The notes beneath the pieces were generated by a model that did not search any database, was not told the DNA's origin, and saw nothing but the letters and a program-made list of their open reading frames with translations. Of a stretch of DNA of 64,000 nucleotides, positions 1 through 8,794 are shown piece after piece (within the stretch, counting starts at the first letter, position 1; every line of letters begins with the position of its first letter). This DNA comes from Candidatus Aenigmatarchaeota archaeon. GTDB lineage: Archaea; Aenigmatarchaeota; Aenigmatarchaeia; CG10238-14; SpSt-28. The position numbers and the translations under genes were made by a program. Location: NCBI GenBank assembly GCA_038733315.1, contig JAVYPJ010000001.1, positions 263,863-327,862 of the forward strand, read 5' to 3'.

Positions 1-2
1 AA

Positions 3-725
3 CAAGTTGAACACTATTTAGATAAGGAAAAAAGATTAGAATTGGCAAAAAAATTTGTTAGGGGTTGTGGAGAAAATATTATAAGAAATTTGCAATATTA
101 TGAAAGAACAAAAGGAGAGTTAAAAGAAGAAATAGAAAAAATAAGGTTTTTTATAAGCGAATTAGAAAAACAGAATGATATTTCATCGATTATGGCAATA
201 GAAGGAAACATTTGGAATACTTATTATCAAAGTTTTAACAAAATTTTTCCTGAAGAATTTCATTTTGATAAAAGAAGTAGAAGACCGCCAGAAAATATGA
301 TAAATTGTTTAATAAGTTTTGGTAATTCTTTGGTATATTCAACTGTATTAACAGAAATTTATAATACACAGTTAAATCCAACTATAAGTTATTTGCATGA
401 GCCATTTGAAAGAAGATTTTCTTTAGCATTGGATTTAAGCGAAATATTTAGACCTTTGTTATCTGATAGAGTTATTTTTAAGTTAATAAACAAAAGAATT
501 ATAGATGAAAGTCATTTTGTGAAAGAGCTTAATTATGTTCTTTTGAATGAAAAAGGTAAAAAAATATTTTTGCAACACTACGACGAAAAATTAAAAACAA
601 CAGTTAAACATAGAGATTTAGGTAGAAGCGTATCTTATAGAAAATTAATTAGATTAGAATGTTATAAGTTGATAAAACACTTGCTTGGAATTAAAAAATA
701 TGAACCATTTGTAATTTGGTGGTAA
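3..725 (+). CDS. cas1: CRISPR-associated endonuclease Cas1 (type I-B-like), 5'-truncated by window edge
   Basis: Frame is open from nt 3 (QVEHYLDKEKRLELAKKF). Cas1 motifs IEG..WNTYY, RSRRPP.N.INCLISFGNSLVY, SYLHEP..RRFSLALDLSEIFRP. cas2 follows directly. Confidence 0.95.
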   Translation, partial: QVEHYLDKEKRLELAKKFVRGCGENIIRNLQYYERTKGELKEEIEKIRFFISELEKQNDISSIMAIEGNIWNTYYQSFNKIFPEEFHFDKRSRRPPENMINCLISFGNSLVYSTVLTEIYNTQLNPTISYLHEPFERRFSLALDLSEIFRPLLSDRVIFKLINKRIIDESHFVKELNYVLLNEKGKKIFLQHYDEKLKTTVKHRDLGRSVSYRKLIRLECYKLIKHLLGIKKYEPFVIWW

Positions 726-726
726 A

Positions 727-990
727 ATGTACGTAATTATAGTTTACGATGTTTCTATCAAAAGAGTTAATAAAGTATGTCAATTTTTAAAACAATATTT
801 GAATTGGATTCAAAATTCCGTTTTTGAGGGAGAATTGTCAGAAAGTGAGTTGAAAAGAGTTGAAGTTGGATTAAGCAGAATAATTGATGAAAGCGAAGAT
901 TCGATTATTATTTATCAACTTCTTTCTGAGAGAGTATTGAAAAGAATTCATATAGGAACAAAAAAAGTAGAACCATCTTCTATTATTTAA
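727..990 (+). CDS. cas2: CRISPR-associated endoribonuclease Cas2
   Basis: MYVIIVYDV...RVNKV...LNWIQNSVFEGE, 87 aa, directly after cas1. Confidence 0.95.
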   Translation: MYVIIVYDVSIKRVNKVCQFLKQYLNWIQNSVFEGELSESELKRVEVGLSRIIDESEDSIIIYQLLSERVLKRIHIGTKKVEPSSII

Positions 991-2309
991 GGATTAAAAT
1001 TTGTTTTTATTGAAAAAACTTTATCTTTAAATATCAGATAGAACCAAATTGGAAAAATATATATTTTTTTGCTATAGATTTCATATTCATTAAATTCTTT
1101 TAATGTTAAAATTATTCCATAAGAAGTTTTTAAATCTTTTATTTTTTTAGCAAAATTTTTTACATCAATTTCATTAACACTTGTTTTTACTTCAATAGGT
1201 ATAATTTCATTATCTTTAATTTCTATAAAGTCTATTTCTTTATTGCCTTTTCTAAAATAATTCTTTACATTAATTTCACTACAAACAATAGTTTCTAACA
1301 TTTTTCCCGAAATATTATCATCTATTTTTTCATAGAAACAAAAAATCAAAGAAGAAGTTGCAGGATATACTTTTTTGTATTTTCTTGAAGATGCAAGAAT
1401 GCTTGCTCTAAAATTCGATAATAAATTTATAAGTAGAGAAAACCTTAAATAATGCACATAATTCATTATAGTTAATTTACTTCTCTTTAAATCTTTTGAT
1501 AATTTTTCGTAGTTTAAAATTAATCCAGGATTTTTAAAAAATAATTTTACTAAGGTTTCTAATAACTCTACATCAACTCTTTTAAATAGAATTGATAAAT
1601 CTTTGTAGATAACTCTATCTATTACAGAAGATTTAATATACATCTCAATTTTTTCTTCATTTTCTTCTTTAACTAATTCTGGGAATCCAGATTTTTTAAT
1701 AAATTCAAAAAAATATTTCAAAAAATTTTCGTTATATACTTTTGCATTTTTGAGCACATCTTCAAAATTAATATTCGAGTTTTTCATTTCTACGAACTCT
1801 TTAAATGTTAATGGTTTTAATTCAAATTCATAAACTCTTCCTGCTAAACTTTCTTTTGATTTTTTAGATAAAATTAAACTCGCTGAACCAGATAAAAAGA
1901 ATTTAATGTTTGGATATAGATCGTAATATATTTTTATTTTATTTTCCCAATTTTCACATTTTTGAATTTCATCAAAAAAAATATAAATTCTATCTATTTC
2001 GTTAAAACTTTTTCCCAAAATTAATTTTTCGTAAGATTCTAATATATCTTTAATATCTAACTTTTCTTCGTCAAAAGAAAAATAAAGAATTTTTTTTGGA
2101 TCAATTCCTTTATCTAAAAGATGTTGAATTATCTGATAAAGAAGCTTTGTTTTTCCTACTCTTCTTAAACCAGTTATTAATATAATTTGCCTATCTTCTA
2201 AATATTTCAAAATAGTATAAAAAAGATACCTTCTATATTTTTCTAAATCTTTTTCGCTTACTTTTCCAGTTGTCCACCAATCATTAAACTTTGTTAACAA
2301 ATCTATCAT
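987..2309 (-). CDS. AAA_14-family ATPase with C-terminal DUF4143 (PD-(D/E)xK-like) domain
   Basis: Walker A GLRRVGKT, Walker B FFDEIQ, SGS motif, SGFPE, C-terminal EIDF...PIEVK. Confidence 0.9.
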   Translation of the reverse strand: MIDLLTKFNDWWTTGKVSEKDLEKYRRYLFYTILKYLEDRQIILITGLRRVGKTKLLYQIIQHLLDKGIDPKKILYFSFDEEKLDIKDILESYEKLILGKSFNEIDRIYIFFDEIQKCENWENKIKIYYDLYPNIKFFLSGSASLILSKKSKESLAGRVYEFELKPLTFKEFVEMKNSNINFEDVLKNAKVYNENFLKYFFEFIKKSGFPELVKEENEEKIEMYIKSSVIDRVIYKDLSILFKRVDVELLETLVKLFFKNPGLILNYEKLSKDLKRSKLTIMNYVHYLRFSLLINLLSNFRASILASSRKYKKVYPATSSLIFCFYEKIDDNISGKMLETIVCSEINVKNYFRKGNKEIDFIEIKDNEIIPIEVKTSVNEIDVKNFAKKIKDLKTSYGIILTLKEFNEYEIYSKKIYIFPIWFYLIFKDKVFSIKTNFNP

Positions 2310-2313
2310 AATA

Positions 2314-2368
2314 TTAGTTAAATATATTGAACTAATATTTAAATTTTTAGTTAAGTCAACTTAACTAA
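2314..2368 (-). promoter_or_regulatory. Two palindromic boxes TTAGTT-N10-AACTAA flanking a TATA-like element upstream of the 987-2309 ATPase
   Basis: Boxes at 2314-2335 and 2347-2368. Minus-strand TTTAAATA at 2336-2343 lies about 27-34 nt before the ATG. Confidence 0.55.
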
Positions 2369-2409
2369 TGATATAGTAACATAAAAATAAACGTAGCGGT
2401 TTAATGCTA

Positions 2410-2684
2410 ACAAATATAAAGTTAATAGAAACAAAACAAAAACGCTAGACTAATTTCTGCAACACCAATTATAATAAGAATTTCAGAAAGAAGTTATGAG
2501 AAATATAATATAACAAAAGAAAAAGAATATACCATTTATAATTACGTGATTACAAACTTCTTTTTTAAACTTTGATTGTTCGAATAAAGAAAATAGAGAG
2601 CAAAAAAAGATTTTAGAGTTTGGAATTGATTGTGGGTTTGGAGAAAGAAATAGTTTAGGGTTTGGATTTATAAATATTAAATAA
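2410..2684 (+). pseudogene. cas6: cas6 remnant (frameshifted, internally deleted)
   Basis: From 2441 reads NARLISATPIIIRISERSYEKYNI. A later frame reads EQKKILEFGIDCGFGERNSLGFGFINIK* (stop 2682-2684), the Cas6 C-terminal Gly-rich loop. No intact ORF. Confidence 0.85.
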
Positions 2685-2866
2685 CTAGAAAAAATTCTAG
2701 AGAATGGTGTGTAGTGTTATCTAAATTTTTTGCGTTTATAGAGAACTTTGTGCTTTAACAAAGATTAAAAACTTCAAACAATTTCCCTATTTTCTCTATT
2801 TTATTTGCAACTAATATAAAAATAATAGAATTAATCTTTATATATATGAAAAAATAATAGAGATAT

Positions 2867-4126
2867 ATGGAGGAGGTACTTATTAAAAGGAAGCTTGAAG
2901 AAAAAATTAAAAAATTCATAGATAGAAGGGAAATTATAGGTATTAGAGGCGCAAGACAAACTGGTAAAACTACTCTTTTAAAAATGATTGAAAAAGAAAT
3001 AATTGGGAATAAAGTTTTTATTAACTTAGATTTAGCTGAATATAGAAGAGCATTAGAAGAAAATACAATAGATTTTGTGAAAAGATTTAAGAAGCCCGGT
3101 GAAAAGTTGTTTTTATTTTTGGATGAGATTCAAAGAGTAAAAAATGCCGGTGAAAAATTAAAAATAATTTTTGATGAATTCCAAGATGTGAAAATATTTA
3201 TTTCTGGCTCATCCTCTTTAGAGTTGAAAGCGAATGTTTTACCATTTTTAGTTGGTAGGCTTTTTCTTTTCGAGCTTTTAACTTTTGGTTTCGAGGAGTT
3301 TTTATCAGCAAAAGACGAAAATCTAAAAAGATTGTTTATAGAAAAGCACGAATCTCTTAGAAAATTTTTAGAGGGAAGCGATGAAATCGCTCAGCCCTCT
3401 TTTATTGAAGAATTTTTAAAGTATTGGAAAGAGTATGTTGTTTTTGGAGGTTATCCAGAGGTTGTTAAAGCAACTAATCAAGAAGAAAAAGTCACAATAT
3501 TAAAAAATATTTTTAACCTTTACTTAGAGAAAGATATAGTAGCTTTTTTCAAAATAGAAGAAACTTCAAAGTTTGAAGATTTAGTAAAAATTTTGGCATT
3601 CAATATATCTAATTTAATTTCAGTTTCTTCCTTAGCTTCCGAGTTAAAGATAAGCTTTAGGAAAGTAGAAGAGTTCTTAACAATACTCAAGCATACTTAT
3701 GTAATTTATGAATTGAAACCATTTTATAAGAATTTAGTTACCGAATTAAAAAAATCTCCAAAAATTTATTTCCTAGATTTGGGTCTTAGAAATTCAGTAA
3801 TAAATAATTTTTTTCCTTTTGATGAAAGAAGCGATAAAGGTGCTTTAATGGAAAATTTTGTTTTAAGAGAATTGTTATCCTTTGAAGACTGGAAATTAAA
3901 TTATTGGAGAACTACAGGAAAGTCAGAAATAGATTTTGTTTTAAGAAAGGGCGATATTATAATTCCTGTTGAAGTTAGATTGAGTGGAGAAAAATTAGGT
4001 AAAAGTTTTTATAGTTTTTTAAATTCATATAAGCCAGAAAGAGCAATTATAGTAACTCTAGATAAATTTAAAAAAGAAAAAATTGGAAAAACTATAGTTC
4101 ATTGGGTTCCTGTATTTTATTTTTAA
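2867..4126 (+). CDS. AAA_14-family ATPase with DUF4143 domain
   Basis: GARQTGKT, FLDEIQ, SGSSS, GGYPE, PKIYFLDLGLRN, EIDF..PVEVR. Confidence 0.9.
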   Translation: MEEVLIKRKLEEKIKKFIDRREIIGIRGARQTGKTTLLKMIEKEIIGNKVFINLDLAEYRRALEENTIDFVKRFKKPGEKLFLFLDEIQRVKNAGEKLKIIFDEFQDVKIFISGSSSLELKANVLPFLVGRLFLFELLTFGFEEFLSAKDENLKRLFIEKHESLRKFLEGSDEIAQPSFIEEFLKYWKEYVVFGGYPEVVKATNQEEKVTILKNIFNLYLEKDIVAFFKIEETSKFEDLVKILAFNISNLISVSSLASELKISFRKVEEFLTILKHTYVIYELKPFYKNLVTELKKSPKIYFLDLGLRNSVINNFFPFDERSDKGALMENFVLRELLSFEDWKLNYWRTTGKSEIDFVLRKGDIIIPVEVRLSGEKLGKSFYSFLNSYKPERAIIVTLDKFKKEKIGKTIVHWVPVFYF

Positions 4127-4576
4127 TTATTTTTTCGAGTTAGATTTATTAGGCGACAGTATACCTTCTAATATTACACTATCATAAACTTCTTTTTTGG
4201 GTTCTTCGGGCACCAATTCAACTCCTATTATATATCCATATATCCATCTTCTATTAAGAACTTCATCCATCTGCCAGTACAAGTATCCTTCATACACAAC
4301 GTACTTCATATTTACTAAATCTTCTCTTTTGAATGGCGAATTTTCTATTTTAAATCCATGTTTTTCAAAAACTTTTCTCATTTTTTCAATTATTTCTTTT
4401 TTTCTCATAACTGTATATTCATGAGGAAGTCTTTTTGCATAGGTCCAGGCAAATTCGAAATTTTTGTCTTTAATAAAATCCTTAAAAAACTTTGCTTCTT
4501 CATCATCTATATCTTCAAGATGCCTAATAGGAATTTCTATTATTTTATCCAAAAGTCTAGATTTTATTTTTTTCAT
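4127..4576 (-). CDS. Hypothetical protein with FAWTY..PHEY / YLYWQM..LNRR motifs
   Basis: 149-aa ORF with host-like composition and conserved-looking aromatic motifs; function unknown. Confidence 0.65.
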   Translation of the reverse strand: MKKIKSRLLDKIIEIPIRHLEDIDDEEAKFFKDFIKDKNFEFAWTYAKRLPHEYTVMRKKEIIEKMRKVFEKHGFKIENSPFKREDLVNMKYVVYEGYLYWQMDEVLNRRWIYGYIIGVELVPEEPKKEVYDSVILEGILSPNKSNSKK

Positions 4577-4665
4577 AATATTATTTCTATAGCTAAAAAT
4601 TAATATTTTATTATACGTTCAAAAAACAATTAAAAAAACCATCAATATAGCTAAAAAAAAAAACG

Positions 4666-5056
4666 TTGCAAAAATTATTTTACTTAAAATTTTCTCATTT
4701 AATAAGAATTATAAAGAATTTTAGAATTTCTATGTTAGTAGCTAGTAGAAAATTATTAGAGTGTATAGCATCCTCTTTACTTGATGCAAATTTTTATTGG
4801 AGAAATGGAAATAGGGAAATTGATTTTATTTTAAAGAACAATAAATTAATTCCTATTGAAATTAAATCCATAGCTGAAATAGAGTTTGAAAACTTTTGAA
4901 AAAATTGAAATTAAATAAAGAGTTTTATTATACAATGGTAAATATAGAGAGCTAAGAAAGTTAAATGGAATTGAAATAGAAATTTTACCTTTGTTCGAAT
5001 TTAGCATACGAAGAAATCCTAAAAGAATAAAATGTTCTAACTATATAATAGGATAA
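4666..5056 (+). pseudogene. Fragment of an AAA+/DUF4143 ATPase C-terminus
   Basis: YLKFSHLIRIIKNFRISMLVASRK/LLE..FYWRNGNREIDF..PIEIK resembles the 987-2309 protein with an internal deletion. After a stop another frame continues as GIEIEILPLFEF. No ATPase domain. Confidence 0.75.
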
Positions 5057-5093
5057 ATGTTTAAAATCAAAGGAATATGAATAAAGAAAAAAT

Positions 5094-5681
5094 CTATTCT
5101 AAACCGCTTCTAAACTTTCTAATAAATTCTTTATTTTTTAACCAATCGTTAATTATCTTTTCTTTTAAATTTGGATTGTATAATGCACTTGCTGGATGAA
5201 ACATTGGCAAAACAAAGTAATTCTTAAATTCAAAGATTTTTCCATGTACACTCATATTAACAAACTTTTTTCCATTCTTTTCGAAAATATATTTTGTTGC
5301 GATTTCTCCTAAGGTAATTATAAGTCTTGGTTTTATAATTTCTATTTGTTTATTTAGGTAATTAGAGGTGCATATGAAAATTTGTTTTTCGCTTGGTTTA
5401 TTATTTGGTGGAATACATTTAACAACATTTGTTATATAAACTTCTTCTCTTTTTATTCCAACAAGATTTAATAATTCATTAAGAAATTTTCCAGCAGCAC
5501 CAACAAAAGGTCTTCCTTGAATGTCTTCATCTTTTCCAGGTCCTAATCCAATAATCATTATCTTAGAATTTATATTACCCTCTCCAGGAACTGCATTTTT
5601 TCTTAGTTTATATAATTCGCATAGCTCACAAACTTTTATTTTTTCAGCAATCTCATTAATCTCTTTTTCCTTAGAATCCAT
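5094..5681 (-). CDS. udg: Uracil-DNA glycosylase, family 4-like (Fe-S)
   Basis: CxxC..L, VPGEGN, GLGPG..ED..GRPFVGAAG, TNVVKC.PP.N, FHPA. Confidence 0.92.
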   Translation of the reverse strand: MDSKEKEINEIAEKIKVCELCELYKLRKNAVPGEGNINSKIMIIGLGPGKDEDIQGRPFVGAAGKFLNELLNLVGIKREEVYITNVVKCIPPNNKPSEKQIFICTSNYLNKQIEIIKPRLIITLGEIATKYIFEKNGKKFVNMSVHGKIFEFKNYFVLPMFHPASALYNPNLKEKIINDWLKNKEFIRKFRSGLE

Positions 5682-5721
5682 AAGAATGTTTATAAACTCT
5701 AGATTAATAATAATTATATTT

Positions 5722-6363
5722 ATGAAAAGTTTTCAGATAAAAAATGTAAAAATAGAATGGTTAGGTCATGCAACTTTTAGAATTTATAATGATTTAATAA
5801 TATATTTCGACCCATATATTTTAGATTCTAATCCGAAAAAAGCAGATATAATTTTTGTCTCGCACGATCATTTCGATCATAAAGATGACGAAAATATAAA
5901 ACAAATCTCTAGGGAAGATACAATAATTGTAGGTCCAGAAAGTGTAACAAAGGATTATAAAAATGCCATAACTGTAAAACCCTATGATAGAATAAAGGTT
6001 AAAGGATTAGATGTTTTGGCCTTTCCGTCGTATAATCCAAATAAACCATTTCATCCAAAAGAGAAGGGATATGTAGGCTTTATAATAGATTTTCACGGTA
6101 CAAAAATATATCATCCTGGAGATACAGAGTTAATAGAAGAGATGAAAGAGCTAAGAAAAGAAAATATAGATGTAGCTTTGTTGCCTATAGGAGGAACTTA
6201 TGTTATGGATGTCGACCAAGCACTAAAAGCTATAGAATACATACTTCCTAAGTATGTTATTCCAATGCATTTTGGAAAGTGGAAAAGCATTGAGTTAAAA
6301 GCTGATGTAGAAAGGTTTAAGAAAGAATCCAAAGTAGAGGTAATAGTTTTAGAACCGATATAA
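5722..6363 (+). CDS. Metallo-beta-lactamase-fold hydrolase
   Basis: WLGHA, SHDHFDH, YHPGDT, LPIGG, IPMH. Likely start is ATG 5722; the longer ORF extension overlaps udg. Confidence 0.9.
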   Translation: MKSFQIKNVKIEWLGHATFRIYNDLIIYFDPYILDSNPKKADIIFVSHDHFDHKDDENIKQISREDTIIVGPESVTKDYKNAITVKPYDRIKVKGLDVLAFPSYNPNKPFHPKEKGYVGFIIDFHGTKIYHPGDTELIEEMKELRKENIDVALLPIGGTYVMDVDQALKAIEYILPKYVIPMHFGKWKSIELKADVERFKKESKVEVIVLEPI

Positions 6364-6366
6364 GAG

Positions 6367-7551
6367 ATGAAATTAAGAATAGCATTCTTTTCTTGGGAGA
6401 GTTTACACTCTTTAAGAGTTGGTGGATTGGCGGTGCATGTAACAGAATTAGCTGCAGCATTAGAAAGATTAGGAAATGAGGTTCATGTATTTACTAGGAT
6501 AGGGCCAAATCAAGGAATGTATAGTTTAATCGATGGGGTTCATTATCATAGAGTTAGTTTTGGATTCGAAAACGATTTAATTAGAGAATTAACAGTTAAT
6601 ATGGCTAGAAGTATGGTCGAAAGGTTTAATGAAGTTGAAAATGTTTTTGGAAACTTTGATATAATTCACGGCCACGATTGGCATGTTGTTACAGCATTAG
6701 ATGAAATAAAGAGAACAAAAAATAAAAAAACAGTTTTTACTTTACATTCAACTCAATATGGAAGGGATGGAAATAATTTTTTTGATGGTGCAGCTAAGGT
6801 TATAAGAGATTTAGAATGGTTTGGGACTTATATTGCCGATAGAGTAATTGTTTGTTCGCAAACTATGAAAGATGAAATAATGAAAATATACCAAACACCA
6901 GAATATAAAATTAGGGTAATTCCTAACGGAATTTGGGCAAAGAATTTTGATGGAGAGATAGATGCTTATCACGATGTTAAAAAACATTTTGGGTTTAACG
7001 TTTACGATCCGGTAATAGTTTTTTTTGGTAGAATGACACACATGAAAGGGGTTGACTTGTTGTTGGAGAGTGTTCCATTAGTTTTACAAGAGTTTCCTAA
7101 TGCCAAATTTATCTTTATAGGGGATGGATATGCTAGGGCAGAATTTGAGAGAAGAGCATACGAATTAGGCTTACTAAATAATCATGTTTTCTTTACTGGA
7201 TATGTTAATGATGAATGGAAAACAAAAATTGTTAAGGCCAGCGATTGTGTAGTAGTTCCAAGCAGAAATGAACCATTTGGAATAGTTGTTCTAGAAGCTT
7301 GGAGTTGTAAAAAACCTGTAATTGCAAGTTGTGGAACTGGTGCTGGAGAATTGATATGGAATGGGGTTAATGGATACAAAGTTCAGTTAAATCCTGAAAG
7401 TATAGCGGATGGAATAAAACAAATAATTAGAAATCCGATGCATGCAAAATATATGGGAGAAAATGGAAGAAAAATAGCTGAAACTATTTTTAATTGGGAC
7501 AATATTGCAAAACAAACTTTAAGAGTTTATGAAGAGTTATTGGAAAAATAG
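6367..7551 (+). CDS. GT4 glycosyltransferase (probably glycogen/alpha-glucan related)
   Basis: VGGLAVHV, HGHDWH, PNGI, GR...KG, PSRNEPFGIVVLEA. Confidence 0.9.
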   Translation: MKLRIAFFSWESLHSLRVGGLAVHVTELAAALERLGNEVHVFTRIGPNQGMYSLIDGVHYHRVSFGFENDLIRELTVNMARSMVERFNEVENVFGNFDIIHGHDWHVVTALDEIKRTKNKKTVFTLHSTQYGRDGNNFFDGAAKVIRDLEWFGTYIADRVIVCSQTMKDEIMKIYQTPEYKIRVIPNGIWAKNFDGEIDAYHDVKKHFGFNVYDPVIVFFGRMTHMKGVDLLLESVPLVLQEFPNAKFIFIGDGYARAEFERRAYELGLLNNHVFFTGYVNDEWKTKIVKASDCVVVPSRNEPFGIVVLEAWSCKKPVIASCGTGAGELIWNGVNGYKVQLNPESIADGIKQIIRNPMHAKYMGENGRKIAETIFNWDNIAKQTLRVYEELLEK

Positions 7552-7555
7552 ACTT

Positions 7556-8794
7556 TTATCTTCTTAACAAACTTTCATAGATTTCTAGAGTTTTCTTTGC
7601 TGTATATTCTATTTTAAAGTTTTCTTCTACTCTCTTTCTACCGCTTTTACCCCATTTTTTCGCTTCGTCTAAATTATTTAAAACAACTTCTATACCCCAA
7701 GCAATATCTAACGGATCTTCTCCATTAACATGCACCCCACATCTATTTTCTCCGCTAGGTATTACTTGCTCTTTTAATCCGTTAACATTCTTTGCTCCAA
7801 CTATTACCGGTTTTTCCATGCTCATAGCCTCTAAGCTAACTATTCCAAAAGGTTCGCTAATCGATGGAAAAACGCAAACATCAGCTAATGCATAATGTGC
7901 AATTCTCTCTTCTTCACTAACCCATTTAGAATAAATTTCGACATTATTTAATCCCAATTGCTGTTTTAGCTGTAATAGATTATGATATTCTTCCCCTTTT
8001 CCTAAGATCACAAGCTTAACATCTTTAAATTTTTTATTAATTTCTGCCATAGCTCTTAAAAGATTATAAACACCCTTAATCCAAGTTAATCTTCCAACAA
8101 AAAGAATAACTATTTCGTTTTCTATTCTGTATCTTTGTTTTAGCTCTTCAACTAACTTCCAATTAACGTTTTTTAAACTATATTTTTCTGTATCTATTCC
8201 ATTATAAACAACCTCTATTTTTTCCTTTGGATAATCTAGAGAAATTAAAAAATCTTTCATAGAATATGAAACTGTAATTATTTTATCTGCATATTTTGCT
8301 GCTGTTCTTTCTATGTCTTTTATAGTTTCGCTTCCCCCTCCAAAAGTTCTTTGCTCTTCTACAGCATGTATGTGAAATACAGCGGGCAAGTTGGTATTTT
8401 GTTTGCTGATTATTCCAGCAAAAGCTGAAAGCCAGTCGTGAAAGCTAATTATATCGAAAGATTTTTTTTGTTTCCTAATAAGTAAATTAACAAACTTTGT
8501 TGCGGAAAGTATGTTATATGTATATATATCTGCAAAAAATTTTAGATGCCAACCCCATCTTCTTAAATCCTCTTTAACAACAATAGGAAAAATGTCCATT
8601 ATGTTAACTAACATTGGTCTATGGATCTCTATTCCATTCCAAATTTCATAAGTTTGTAGGTTTCCGTCGTTTAAAGTAAATACAGAAACATCATTTCCAA
8701 ATTCTTTAAATTTTTTAGTTATTTCTATAGCATAAGTTCCTAAGCCACCTACTAATAAAGGATAAAACTCGTAACAGAAAAAACCAATTTTCAT
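7556..8794 (-). CDS. GT4 glycosyltransferase
   Basis: VGGLGTY, FHDWLS, YNGID, VGRL..IKG, PSISEPFGIVSLEAM. Confidence 0.9.
   Translation of the reverse strand: MKIGFFCYEFYPLLVGGLGTYAIEITKKFKEFGNDVSVFTLNDGNLQTYEIWNGIEIHRPMLVNIMDIFPIVVKEDLRRWGWHLKFFADIYTYNILSATKFVNLLIRKQKKSFDIISFHDWLSAFAGIISKQNTNLPAVFHIHAVEEQRTFGGGSETIKDIERTAAKYADKIITVSYSMKDFLISLDYPKEKIEVVYNGIDTEKYSLKNVNWKLVEELKQRYRIENEIVILFVGRLTWIKGVYNLLRAMAEINKKFKDVKLVILGKGEEYHNLLQLKQQLGLNNVEIYSKWVSEEERIAHYALADVCVFPSISEPFGIVSLEAMSMEKPVIVGAKNVNGLKEQVIPSGENRCGVHVNGEDPLDIAWGIEVVLNNLDEAKKWGKSGRKRVEENFKIEYTAKKTLEIYESLLRR

Noticed and set aside
2310..2866. Possible CRISPR array or leader after cas2 (e.g. GTTAATAGAAAC near 2421)
   Set aside because: No repeated unit with spacer periodicity; the region is better explained by the palindromic boxes and the cas6 remnant.
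5521..5721. N-terminal extension of the MBL hydrolase ORF
   Set aside because: Overlaps udg antisense; the recognisable domain begins at ATG 5722.
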